IMG/VR virus record: IMGVR_UViG_3300030450_002177
Coordinates: 1 to 60,463 of that record
Length of the DNA stretch: 60,463 bases
DNA from: a virus
Lineage: Duplodnaviria; Caudoviricetes
Reading direction: 5' to 3' (one strand)
Part shown: positions 19,521 to 28,781 of the stretch, piece by piece
Layout: the number at the start of each line of letters is the position of its first letter
How positions within the stretch are numbered: position 1 is the stretch's first letter
The notes under the pieces: generated by a model
Told to the model about the DNA's origin: nothing
Seen by the model: the letters and a program-made list of their open reading frames with translations, nothing else
The model's database searches: none
Translations under genes and position numbers: made by a program

Positions 19521-19554
19521 TGTTTTTTTTATTTATTTTAGTCCTATTTTTGGA

Positions 19555-19592
19555 CCCAAAAAAAAGGGCAATCTTTCGACTGCCCTCCTTTT
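19555..19592 (-). terminator. intrinsic terminator upstream of early promoter A
   Basis: AGGGCAGTC-GAAA-GATTGCCCT followed by a T-run. Confidence 0.8.
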
Positions 19593-19721
19593 TATAACAG
19601 TGGTAAATTAGCTACCTATGAAAACTGAAAAGTGCTTCAGCAGGTGCTCTAGCGTCACTCACATTTACCTCGATTTCGCCAACTGCCATACTCAGCTTTA
19701 GAAGTGCACCTTATCATTCGT

Positions 19722-19979
19722 TTAAAGTCTTTCCTCGATAAAGTTCCTAGCGTAATCTTCTGGAGTGTAGTCAATGCTCAACCCTCCAAAATTTGATAAC
19801 ACTATCTCGATGAACTCAGTGGCATCTGCAACCAGAGCTTCAAAAAGCTCTTCATAAGAAGCAGTCTCCATGTCTAGCGCATTGTAGTTTTCTAGGTTGT
19901 GGTTAAAGAAAAGATCACTTGAGTAAGGATCAACGTAAGTCTTATCTTCATCTTTTATTGGTTTTACTATAGTTACCAT
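19722..19979 (-). CDS. acidic hypothetical protein
   Basis: AAGGA SD; TTGCAA-17-TATTAT promoter at 20040-20012. Confidence 0.7.
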   Translation of the reverse strand: MVTIVKPIKDEDKTYVDPYSSDLFFNHNLENYNALDMETASYEELFEALVADATEFIEIVLSNFGGLSIDYTPEDYARNFIEERL

Positions 19980-20070
19980 TTTTATTTTCCTTGTTTAGTT
20001 AATGAAGTTGGCATAATAAACTAATTACAAATAATTGCAACTATTAATAAGTGTTAATTTATTTTAATAA

Positions 20071-20139
20071 AAATGTATACAACGACACGCATTTAGTCTA
20101 TACTGTATTTGTGATGATAAATAAGGAAGGAATAAAAGC
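20071..20139 (+). promoter_or_regulatory. early promoter/leader copy B
   Basis: TATACA-17-TATACT(20099-104); leader GTGATGATAAA at +7. Confidence 0.65.
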
Positions 20140-21231
20140 ATGAAAGACTACCAAAGACAAAGACTGTATAACTGGGAGAACGCAGAACCTTGGATGGTAA
20201 AGAAAAGCGATCTTACAGAATCAGAGGTGCTTTACATTGTTAAAGAGTTAGACAAAATATTTAGAAAAAATTGGGAAATTAAAGAAACCAAAGTCCAGTT
20301 TTCCAACGGCAGAGGAATGAGCTGGGCAAACAAGTCTAAGATGAAATTAAAAAGAGATTGGGCATTGACTTGGGGTGTGGTCTTGCACGAATATGCACAC
20401 GTTATAACTGACGACAAACACGGACCTGAGTTTGTTGCAACCTTTTGTGGCTTAATCAATCGTTACCACCCAGACAAACCTTGCTTAAAAGAAATGGCAA
20501 AAACTCTAGGTGAATATGGATTGGACTTTAAATCGCTTAAAACTTTAGAAGATAGAGTGGCAATATCCAAACAACCTGACATCGACATATCTAAAGCGCC
20601 GATAGTAAAATCAAAATCAAGAGCTTTAACTCCAGAACAAAAAAGAAATAATAAGTTTAGAGCCAAGACTAAAGAATTATTAAAAGCTTGGGAAAGAAAA
20701 AGATGGGTATTAGGTGTTGATAGTGACCTTCACAAATTTGAATTTGATATTGAAAGAGTATATGACCCTCATTGGGGATTAGAGCTTTATGTCAGAAAAA
20801 CGGGTTGGATATATGATGACAAAATTACAGAGGGATTTGAATGGGAGTTGGAAGATACTTACGATAATTGGAAAGACGCTTATTACTGGTTGGCAAGCAA
20901 TGTTGTTGAAGTGTGGGAACTCTTCTTTACCAGCCCACCCAACGTGATGGGTGAAGACAAACCAACAGAAAGAAAAAGAGTAAAAAAATCTGGTCAAAGC
21001 CAAGAAGCTAAAGACAAAAAAGTTTATTACAACAGAGCCAGAAGGAGATTGGTCAAACATGGCTTTGAAATAATCTACGAAGGTGCGCACAAGAACTACA
21101 GGTCGGTTACGTTTAAAAACAACGAAACTCTGTTTGTGCAAGAAGCACAAGACAGTGCACCACTTAACATAGATTGGAAGAAAGTTTGCACAACCCTAGA
21201 AAATCTAGGCTATAAGGATGCAATTAGATGA
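20140..21231 (+). CDS. SprT-like zinc metallopeptidase domain protein
   Basis: VVLHEYAH...HGPEF. Confidence 0.75.
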   Translation: MKDYQRQRLYNWENAEPWMVKKSDLTESEVLYIVKELDKIFRKNWEIKETKVQFSNGRGMSWANKSKMKLKRDWALTWGVVLHEYAHVITDDKHGPEFVATFCGLINRYHPDKPCLKEMAKTLGEYGLDFKSLKTLEDRVAISKQPDIDISKAPIVKSKSRALTPEQKRNNKFRAKTKELLKAWERKRWVLGVDSDLHKFEFDIERVYDPHWGLELYVRKTGWIYDDKITEGFEWELEDTYDNWKDAYYWLASNVVEVWELFFTSPPNVMGEDKPTERKRVKKSGQSQEAKDKKVYYNRARRRLVKHGFEIIYEGAHKNYRSVTFKNNETLFVQEAQDSAPLNIDWKKVCTTLENLGYKDAIR

Positions 21232-21247
21232 TGTTTCACGTGAAACA
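21232..21247. promoter_or_regulatory. parS: parS-type palindrome TGTTTCACGTGAAACA (copy 1)
   Basis: exact match to the widely conserved chromosomal parS consensus; intergenic; duplicated at 45639. Confidence 0.75.
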
Positions 21248-21288
21248 TTTGCAAAATATTATAAATTTTTATACCATAAGGAGCAAAT

Positions 21289-22092
21289 ATGATTACACCC
21301 AATAAACAAATAAATAACATCTACGGTTATGTTCGAGTGTCTACGACAGAACAAGCCATTAATGGTATTTCAATCGACACGCAAAAAGATTTGATTAACG
21401 AATTTTGCATGACCAAGTTTAATCGCCCAGTTGACGAGTTTTTCGTTGATGCTGGCGTGTCTGGAACCATACCTATTAATGAGCGTGAAGAATCAAGAAG
21501 ATTGACAGACACCATAGACGAACACGACATTGTTATATCGACACGCTTAGACAGATTATCAAGATCGTCTGGCGATCTTTTAAAGACCATACCGATCTTT
21601 GAAGAGACTGGTGTTATCTACTATCTGTGTGAGCAATTTGGCGATATGCCAATTTCTTATCCAAAGAAAAAGAATAAAGCCAGCTTGCAGAGCAAGTTTG
21701 ACATGAACGAGATGGTCAACAAGATTATGGTTATGGTCTTATCGGCAGTGGCTGAAATAGAACACGGCTCTACTGTTGATAAACTAAAAGAAGGTAAATT
21801 GGCTTGGGCACCTAAAGGCTATTCGATAGGTGGCACAGCTCCTTTTGGTTACGATAAGGAAGAAGAAAAGATCAAAACAGGCAAAAGAGTTAAGCGCAGA
21901 ATGAAGTTGGTAGAGAATGAAGAAGAGCAAAAGGTCTTACAGTTTATCTATAAATTGAGGAAAAAGGGCTTAGGCGCAAGAAGAATATCCAAACAGATAG
22001 TGGCTCATTTTCCAGAATACGACATCTTTCCTTACTGGAAAGTACGCAACATACTAGCCAGAAAAGCACAAGGCTTGCATAACGCTAGTTAA
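21289..22092 (+). CDS. serine recombinase (resolvase domain + short recombinase domain)
   Basis: YGYVRVST, DAGVSG, RLDRLSR, GG.APFGY; TTGCAA-17-TACCAT promoter and AGGAG SD. Confidence 0.9.
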   Translation: MITPNKQINNIYGYVRVSTTEQAINGISIDTQKDLINEFCMTKFNRPVDEFFVDAGVSGTIPINEREESRRLTDTIDEHDIVISTRLDRLSRSSGDLLKTIPIFEETGVIYYLCEQFGDMPISYPKKKNKASLQSKFDMNEMVNKIMVMVLSAVAEIEHGSTVDKLKEGKLAWAPKGYSIGGTAPFGYDKEEEKIKTGKRVKRRMKLVENEEEQKVLQFIYKLRKKGLGARRISKQIVAHFPEYDIFPYWKVRNILARKAQGLHNAS

Positions 22093-22119
22093 TCCTAAAA
22101 TTTTAGTTATAATGAAATT

Positions 22120-24030
22120 ATGGCTAAACTACCAACAGGTTATCCTATAACAACTGGTGCCTTTTTGCTTGGGGATCAAGGTTCTAGGGTTGAACCATAT
22201 TATGATTTTGTCAGAGACATAACTGGTGACAGGCGCTCAACAGATGATGAAGATATTTTTGCTCCAGATAGAGATTTATTGGATAAAGTTGTTGAATCAT
22301 ACGAAGAAAACATACCCCTGCCAGACAAAATATTAGCTGGATTCACAATACCGGGCATTGGTATGGATTTAGCAGCAGCTGGAAAGTACGGCAGAGAAGG
22401 CGTTAGAGATATAAAATCTGGATTACAAAGCTTAGGTAGTGGTTTTAGTATGCACAAAGCCCCTAGTCAATTAAAGTCTGGTGTGAAAAATTTAGGCATA
22501 GCCACACTAGCTGGCGTAGGAGCAATACCAGTTGTTGGCGATATAGTGAAGCGAGCAGGCACACCTCTAATAAAAGGCTTGCAAGAATCTTCCGAAATAG
22601 TACCAATATTATCAATAATCAAGAAGTCTGATAATGTAAACCCGAAAAGAGTAAAACAAGCAAAAGATTTATTAGAAGCCTCATCAAATAATTTTGTATA
22701 CAAAGGCGTAGAGCAACAAAGAAGACAGCCCATAGAGGTTTTAGATAATGGTGATGGCACTTTTACTCAACTGGGTGGCTCTTCTACATTACAAGCCTTA
22801 GAAGAATCTGGCGCAACCCATATTCCCATAAAGCGCTTTCCAACCCGAGAGGCTTATCTCGAAAATGAGCCTATCAGAAAAGCTGCAAAAGAAAATAAAA
22901 GAGCAGAAGATGCGAAAACACTACAACCTAAAGTAAACGATCCAACATTTGAAGGACCTGTAAGAGAATTTGGCTCTAAAATGGAAAAAGAGTTTGATAA
23001 GACTTTTAATTTACACCAAGAGGGTCTTAAAACTGTAGATGATTTGTTTGAAACGGCACAAAGAGCCAACTCTCAATTCCAGAAAGAAATAAAAGAAATT
23101 GCTGATGGCTTTAATTTAAAAAGCACCTCAGCCCCCGGCGAACCTATTACTGATCCTACCGTTTTCAAATTTCTTGACAAAATTGATGGTCTTGCTGTTG
23201 ACATAAGAACAGGTCATTATCCCGGCACCGTTAAGCTGCCCAGTAGCATCCTTAGAAAGTCTAAAGCTAAATACAACGGCGATCCTTCACAAATAACTGA
23301 TAGCATGAGAACCAGAATTATAGCTGAAACCCCTGAAGAAGCTGATGCACTAGCCAAAGCAATATCATCTAAATGGGCAGCTAAAGATTCAGGCAATCAA
23401 ATAAACATGTTTGGTTACATAGATCGCAAACTTAATATTCAATACATTGATGATGCTGGAAATAAGATAATAGCAGAAATAAGCATAGTGCCTAGAGCTA
23501 TGGATGATGCAGCTCAAAAAGCACATCCACTATATGAAGCTTACCGTGGACAAATAGCCCTTTATGGCACTTCTGATGTAGATTTATTCCCTTACGCAGC
23601 ACAACAAAGAGCAAAAGTATTGCTTGAGAGACAAAATCAAATTTTTGGCGAAGCTAAACAACATATTCATCCAAGCTGGCTAGGAGAAGACCTTGTTCAA
23701 AAATTTGCTTACGGAGGTGCTGTTTATGCCAATCGAGGCAGCTCAGGAAGTGTGTCACCTATGACACCAAACTTCTTTTCAAACTCTGATTTATCAATGT
23801 TAGCTCCATCAATGGTGATGTCTGCGTATTGTTCACCTGAAGCAACTCGCCAAGAGTCTTCATCTAAAGGCAAAAAGAAAGCTGCTGATACATTGGCTTC
23901 TTCGGAACCAGCTATGACTGCTGGCAAACTTTCCCAAGAAAAATATAAGATTTCTAATTCCATGTCAGACAGTATAACAAAAAGATTCGTAGATTCACCA
24001 ACTGAAGGGGGTCGCAAGGAAATTTTATGA
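22120..24030 (+). CDS. polymorphic-toxin-like protein: pre-toxin TG-like region, ParB/Srx-like domain, RelA/SpoT-type synthetase domain, FAYGG motif
   Basis: IPGIG/AIPVVGD; RQPIEV..NGDGTF..LGG; VKxxxSIxRK, ITDxxRxRII, GYxDxK, AEIxI, HxLYE. Confidence 0.7.
   Translation: MAKLPTGYPITTGAFLLGDQGSRVEPYYDFVRDITGDRRSTDDEDIFAPDRDLLDKVVESYEENIPLPDKILAGFTIPGIGMDLAAAGKYGREGVRDIKSGLQSLGSGFSMHKAPSQLKSGVKNLGIATLAGVGAIPVVGDIVKRAGTPLIKGLQESSEIVPILSIIKKSDNVNPKRVKQAKDLLEASSNNFVYKGVEQQRRQPIEVLDNGDGTFTQLGGSSTLQALEESGATHIPIKRFPTREAYLENEPIRKAAKENKRAEDAKTLQPKVNDPTFEGPVREFGSKMEKEFDKTFNLHQEGLKTVDDLFETAQRANSQFQKEIKEIADGFNLKSTSAPGEPITDPTVFKFLDKIDGLAVDIRTGHYPGTVKLPSSILRKSKAKYNGDPSQITDSMRTRIIAETPEEADALAKAISSKWAAKDSGNQINMFGYIDRKLNIQYIDDAGNKIIAEISIVPRAMDDAAQKAHPLYEAYRGQIALYGTSDVDLFPYAAQQRAKVLLERQNQIFGEAKQHIHPSWLGEDLVQKFAYGGAVYANRGSSGSVSPMTPNFFSNSDLSMLAPSMVMSAYCSPEATRQESSSKGKKKAADTLASSEPAMTAGKLSQEKYKISNSMSDSITKRFVDSPTEGGRKEIL
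23724..23963 (-). CDS. nested antisense gene, candidate immunity/antitoxin (79 aa)
   Basis: globular acidic sequence; TGnTATACT extended -10 located 7 nt before ATG; overlapping plus-strand segment is Ser/Met-rich. Confidence 0.6.
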   Translation of the reverse strand: MELEILYFSWESLPAVIAGSEEANVSAAFFLPLDEDSWRVASGEQYADITIDGANIDKSEFEKKFGVIGDTLPELPRLA

Positions 24031-24164
24031 CTACAAAAGAAGAAGTGGAATATTGTTTAGTTAAAATAGATTCTGTTTTAGCTTATGATTTTATTACCAC
24101 CCCAGTAAAAGAGTCTTTAACTGACATAAAAACACACTTAGAAAGTGTAAAAGCAAGCCTATAA
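24027..24164 (+). CDS. small helical hypothetical protein (45 aa, not in track)
   Basis: AAGGA SD, ATGA overlap. Confidence 0.55.
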   Translation: MTTKEEVEYCLVKIDSVLAYDFITTPVKESLTDIKTHLESVKASL

Positions 24165-24167
24165 AGC

Positions 24168-24869
24168 ATGTCTGTCGGATGGGGTAGGTCTACATGGGGT
24201 TCTGGTCCTTGGGGGGAACCAGCCTCTATTCCTGTAAATGTTAACGTAGCTGGTGTTGCAATCACCAGTGGTATTGGGTCACTAAGCGTTGTAGCTGGTG
24301 CAGTTGTTACTGTAACGGGTGTTGCTATAACATCAGGCTTAGGCGCTTTGAGTGTTGATGCTGAAGCCAATGTTACACCAGCCACTCAAGTAATAAATAG
24401 TGGATTGGGTGCTCCCAGTGTCGATGCAGAAGCTAATGTCAGCGTAACAGGCAGAGCGATAACATCTGGATTGGGCAGTGCCACAGTCGATGCAGAAGCT
24501 AATGTCAGTGTTACTGGACAAGCCATTACCAGTGGTTTGGGTACTGCTACTGTAGATGCAGAAGCTAATGTTAGTGTTACAGGAGTAGCAACTACATCTG
24601 GACTGGGTACTGTTACTGTTTATCACAATGTTATAGTTGAGGTTACAGGACAGGCAATAACCTCTTCCATAGGTGCAGTTTCAACTACTGCTGATGCCAA
24701 TGCAATCCTGACTGGAGTAGCCATTACATCAACAACAGGTTATGTGTTAGTATGGAGTTTAATAGACGAAACACAGACAGCTGGGTATGAAACTATAAAT
24801 GAATCGCAAACACCAAGTTATTCTGGTATTGATGAGTCACAAACAGCAGACTGGACAGAGGTTGCATAA
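24168..24869 (+). CDS. virion fibre/structural protein with ~22-aa repeats
   Basis: WGRSTWGSGPWG N-terminus; VTGxAITSGLGxxxVDAEANV repeats. Confidence 0.7.
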   Translation: MSVGWGRSTWGSGPWGEPASIPVNVNVAGVAITSGIGSLSVVAGAVVTVTGVAITSGLGALSVDAEANVTPATQVINSGLGAPSVDAEANVSVTGRAITSGLGSATVDAEANVSVTGQAITSGLGTATVDAEANVSVTGVATTSGLGTVTVYHNVIVEVTGQAITSSIGAVSTTADANAILTGVAITSTTGYVLVWSLIDETQTAGYETINESQTPSYSGIDESQTADWTEVA

Positions 24870-24913
24870 TTGTGATTTCTGATATAATTTGAACAGTATT
24901 AGGAGAAATATGA

Positions 24914-27745
24914 ATGGCAAGTACATACGTTAATGATTTAAGACTCAACGAAATGGCGACAGGTGATGCGTCAGGAACTTGGGGTACGACCACAAACACA
25001 AACTTAGAATTAATAGCAGAAGCGTTTAGTTATGGCACAGAAGCTATAACAACCAACGCTGATACGCATACTACTACTATTGCAGACGGAGCAACTGATC
25101 CCGGTAGATCAATGTTTCTTAAATACACAGGTGCATTGGATTCTGCCTGTACTGTAACTATTGGACCAAACACAGTATCTAAACTATGGTTTATAGAAAA
25201 CGCTACTACAGGTTCGCAAAACTTAGTTATAAGTCAAGGCACAGGTGCAAATATAACAATACCTGCTGGCGATACTAAAATTATTTATTCTGATGGTGCT
25301 GGTTCTGGTGGTGCTATGGTAGATGCACTAGCTAGTATTTCTGCTGTAGATTTAAAAGTACAAGACGATTTGACAGTTACAGATGATGCTTCAATAGGTG
25401 GAGACTTAACACTTACAGGTAACGGTGATTTTAACGGAGACTTAGACGTAGATGGAACTACAGAAACAGACGCATTAACTATTAATGGCTCGGCAGTAAA
25501 CTACAAAGCGTTTGGTACTTCTTCAATTATGCTTGGCGATAATGCTACAGGAACTATTGATGCTGCTAATTATAATGTTGGATTAGGTGTTGATGTTTTT
25601 GCAGCTTTAACTTCTGGTGATGGGAACATAGCTATTGGTTTTGCAGCATTAGATGCTAACACCACAGCAAGTTATAACGTAGGTATAGGACATAATGCTC
25701 TTGGAGCAACCACAACTGGTCAGCAAAATATTGCAGTTGGAGCAAATTCACTTGATGCAAATACGACTGGTGGAGACAATGTCGCAGTAGGAACAGGTGC
25801 TTTAGGAGCAAATACCACAGCCTCAAATAACGCAGCAGTTGGACATTTGTCTTTAACAGCAAACACTACAGGTCATTCAAATACAGCAGTAGGTTCTTTA
25901 TCACTTGATGCTAATACTACTGGAATTAGAAATACTGCCGTTGGTTTTGAAGCTTTAAGTGCAAATACTGATGGCACACAAAACACAGGAGTTGGTAAAG
26001 GTGCTTTACTTGTAAATACCACAGGTATTGAAAATACAGGGGTTGGTTCAAGTGCTCTTGACGCTAACACCACTGGTTCATATAACACAGCAATGGGACA
26101 GGGTGCTTTAGATGCTAATACAACAGCAGATAGCAACACTGCTTTCGGACACGATGCTTTAAAAGCAAATACCACAGGAACTCTTAACGTGGCAGTTGGT
26201 AAAGATGCTTTGTTAGCAAATACAACAGCTAATTCAAACACGGCAGTTGGCAATATAGCACTTGCTGCAAACACTACAGGAGCAGCGAATACGGCAGTGG
26301 GAAGAAATGCTCTTGGTGCAAATACGACTGCTTCAAATAACGTGGCAGTTGGGCATGGTGCTTTGGAATCTAATACGACAGGTGCTTCAAACACAGGAAT
26401 TGGTTATCAAGCTTTAGATGCGAATACTACAGGTGGTGCCAATGTTGGTCTTGGTTATGGAGCTCTTGGAGCAAATACAACAGCTTCAAATAACGTTGCT
26501 GTGGGCGTAAATGCTATGGAGGCAAACACCACAGGCACACAAAACGTAGCCGTAGGTCAAGCAGCTTTAGACGAATCTAGCACAGCAAGTTATAACACAG
26601 CAGTTGGTTATAGAGCCATGTCTGCAACTACAACTGGACAAGAAAACGTTGCATTTGGAACAGACGCAATGTTAGCAAATACTACTGGTGCTAGAAACAC
26701 AGTTTTAGGTGGCTATGCTTTAAGCGTTAATACAACAGGAGGAAACAACGTAGCGATTGGTTATTCTGCTATGTTAGCAAACACTACAGCATCAGAAAAT
26801 GTTGGTATCGGTGTTTATTGTTTAGACGCTAACACTACTGGGGGAAATAATTGTGGAGTTGGATATAATGTTTTAGGTGCTAACACCACAGGTTCTCAGA
26901 ACACGGCTGTAGGACATACTGCATTAGATTCTAATACTACAGCATCCAATAATACAGCAATGGGATATGGTGCTTTAGGAGTAAACACTACAGGTTCTGA
27001 AAATGTAGCAGTTGGAAGAAATTGTCTTGATGCAAATACCACAGGGCAAGACAATACTGCTATTGGTAATTCAGCGTTAGGAGGCAACACCACAGCTTCA
27101 AACAACACAGCCGTTGGTTCTGCTGCTTTGTTATTATGTACTACAGGAGCAGGTAATACTGCTATAGGAATTAATGCAGGTGGGTCAGTAACTACAGGTG
27201 GTAATCATTTCTTTATTGGGCATGGGGCAGGTATGACTTCTGGACCGGGAGGTACGCCGGGTGGTGCTATAACAACAGGTAATAACGAGGGTGTGATTGG
27301 AAATGGTGATACAAGTAAAATTAATACGCAAGTATCTATAACAGTAGCATCTGATGAAAGAGATAAAACAGACTTTCAAGCTTTAACAGCAGGTTTAGAT
27401 TTTGTAAACGCATTGAAACCTTATACTTACTATTGGGATAAACGAGCCAAGTATGTTGACTGGGAAACTAATCCTGATACAGACCTAAATTCTGTAACCA
27501 ATGATGGAACGCACAAAGAAGACTGGATGGATTTAGGTTTTAAAGCACAAGATGTAGTTGCTTTAGAAGATTCAATAAATCATAAAATATCTAATAAAAC
27601 TAATTTAGTTACCAGTCTATCAGGTGATGGAAAACAATACGCTTTACAATACGAAAAGTTTGTACCAATTCTAGTTAAAGCTTTGCAAGAAGCTGACGAT
27701 AAAATAGATGCGTTGACTACTAGAGTCACGACATTAGAAGGATAA
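24914..27745 (+). CDS. tail fibre with 14-aa repeats and C-terminal S74 intramolecular chaperone
   Basis: WGxxTNxN anchor; NxAVGxxALxANTT repeats; SDERDK, GFxAQDV, terminal coiled coil. Confidence 0.9.
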   Translation: MASTYVNDLRLNEMATGDASGTWGTTTNTNLELIAEAFSYGTEAITTNADTHTTTIADGATDPGRSMFLKYTGALDSACTVTIGPNTVSKLWFIENATTGSQNLVISQGTGANITIPAGDTKIIYSDGAGSGGAMVDALASISAVDLKVQDDLTVTDDASIGGDLTLTGNGDFNGDLDVDGTTETDALTINGSAVNYKAFGTSSIMLGDNATGTIDAANYNVGLGVDVFAALTSGDGNIAIGFAALDANTTASYNVGIGHNALGATTTGQQNIAVGANSLDANTTGGDNVAVGTGALGANTTASNNAAVGHLSLTANTTGHSNTAVGSLSLDANTTGIRNTAVGFEALSANTDGTQNTGVGKGALLVNTTGIENTGVGSSALDANTTGSYNTAMGQGALDANTTADSNTAFGHDALKANTTGTLNVAVGKDALLANTTANSNTAVGNIALAANTTGAANTAVGRNALGANTTASNNVAVGHGALESNTTGASNTGIGYQALDANTTGGANVGLGYGALGANTTASNNVAVGVNAMEANTTGTQNVAVGQAALDESSTASYNTAVGYRAMSATTTGQENVAFGTDAMLANTTGARNTVLGGYALSVNTTGGNNVAIGYSAMLANTTASENVGIGVYCLDANTTGGNNCGVGYNVLGANTTGSQNTAVGHTALDSNTTASNNTAMGYGALGVNTTGSENVAVGRNCLDANTTGQDNTAIGNSALGGNTTASNNTAVGSAALLLCTTGAGNTAIGINAGGSVTTGGNHFFIGHGAGMTSGPGGTPGGAITTGNNEGVIGNGDTSKINTQVSITVASDERDKTDFQALTAGLDFVNALKPYTYYWDKRAKYVDWETNPDTDLNSVTNDGTHKEDWMDLGFKAQDVVALEDSINHKISNKTNLVTSLSGDGKQYALQYEKFVPILVKALQEADDKIDALTTRVTTLEG

Positions 27746-27755
27746 GGAGTAAAAA

Positions 27756-28073
27756 ATGGCAGTAAGCAAAAAATTAGTAAAAACCATACCTTATGTCAAA
27801 TCCAGTAAAGTGGAAGAATGGCATTTGGATATGCAATACGAAAACGACAGCGAAGGCGATGCGACTTATTACAAAACTGTATTCAGGCACACAGCCGTAG
27901 CAGCCGATGGTGATTTTACCAAAGCAGCAAAAGGTTCGTTTAGTAACGCTGACTTAGTAGCGTTGTGTCCTGTATCGCATTGGGATGTAGTATTCGCTAG
28001 TCAGGTGGATTCAGTTATTACGAATCCAACTACTGAACCAGTACCTGACGAGTCATTTGCAGTACCTAGTTAA
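27756..28073 (+). CDS. tail fibre-associated protein
   Basis: directly after fibre gene, AGGAG SD. Confidence 0.55.
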   Translation: MAVSKKLVKTIPYVKSSKVEEWHLDMQYENDSEGDATYYKTVFRHTAVAADGDFTKAAKGSFSNADLVALCPVSHWDVVFASQVDSVITNPTTEPVPDESFAVPS

Positions 28074-28780
28074 TGGCTGAAGTAACAGTACATAATATGC
28101 CTAGTGTCTTTGTTATGGAGACACAGATGCCAGAGAGTATGGTGAATGACTTAAATGATTATCTTGACGAATACGTTGAAGATAAAAACAAGAAGTCATT
28201 AGCTGATACTTTAGTTGGGCAAATAGCACAAGGCGAACAATTATTAATGGATAACGCTGACCCAAGATTAAAAGAATACACAGACTTTGTTTGTGGATTA
28301 GGAGCAGACTATATTAATTTCTTTTCTCAAAATACTGGAGCAACGTTAAAAGCACCTAAAGCAGTAGCTGTAGATGAAACTTGGTCAGTACACAGTTACG
28401 AAGGAGACTATAATCCTATACACGATCACGGTACTAAAACCATAATGGGTATATCCACTACTGGCTGGACTAAAGTACCACAACAAATACTAGATCAACC
28501 TGTAGCTGGATCACCTAACTATTCTTTATACAATACGTCAGGTGATTGCGATGGTTATATAGCATTTCAATATGGGTTGAATCAATTAATGGACACAGAT
28601 AGATTGAGACCACCTCAATCTTTTGTTATGCAACCAGAGGTAGGGAAGTTGTTGGTTTTCCCTTCATGGTTGCAACACATGGTATATCCTTTTAAGGGAG
28701 AAGGTGAAAGAAGAACGGTTGCCTCTAACCTTAATTGTTGGGATGTGCCTCAAGAACCAACACAAGAAGAAGGAGAATAA
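28073..28780 (+). CDS. putative 2OG-Fe(II) oxygenase (TIGR02466-like)
   Basis: NPIHDH, FPSWLQHMVYPF, ERRTVASN. Confidence 0.8.
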   Translation: MAEVTVHNMPSVFVMETQMPESMVNDLNDYLDEYVEDKNKKSLADTLVGQIAQGEQLLMDNADPRLKEYTDFVCGLGADYINFFSQNTGATLKAPKAVAVDETWSVHSYEGDYNPIHDHGTKTIMGISTTGWTKVPQQILDQPVAGSPNYSLYNTSGDCDGYIAFQYGLNQLMDTDRLRPPQSFVMQPEVGKLLVFPSWLQHMVYPFKGEGERRTVASNLNCWDVPQEPTQEEGE

Positions 28781-28781
28781 T

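Noticed and set aside
19655-19712. CTGAG...CGAAA as a hammerhead ribozyme or TPP riboswitch
   Set aside because: Lacks the CUGAnGA core and the second half of the TPP aptamer; kept only as an unassigned structured RNA
21289-22092. IS607-type transposase or large serine integrase
   Set aside because: No N-terminal HTH or adjacent TnpB; too short and no Zn-ribbon; no att site identifiable
22720-22835. Phage-encoded partition ParB serving the parS sites
   Set aside because: Only a degenerate ParB/Srx-like segment in a toxin-like polyprotein; no HTH, no GxxR motif, no ParA
25873-26394. Long antisense ORFs in the track (also 29794-30132, 37983-38351, 42816-43157, 52819-53142 and others)
   Set aside because: Shadows of biased sense codons with no SD or promoter, unlike 23724-23963
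25600-27200. Periodic 42-nt pattern as a CRISPR array or DGR repeat
   Set aside because: Degenerate codon-level repeats of a 14-aa tail-fibre unit; no constant repeat/spacer structure, cas genes or reverse transcriptase
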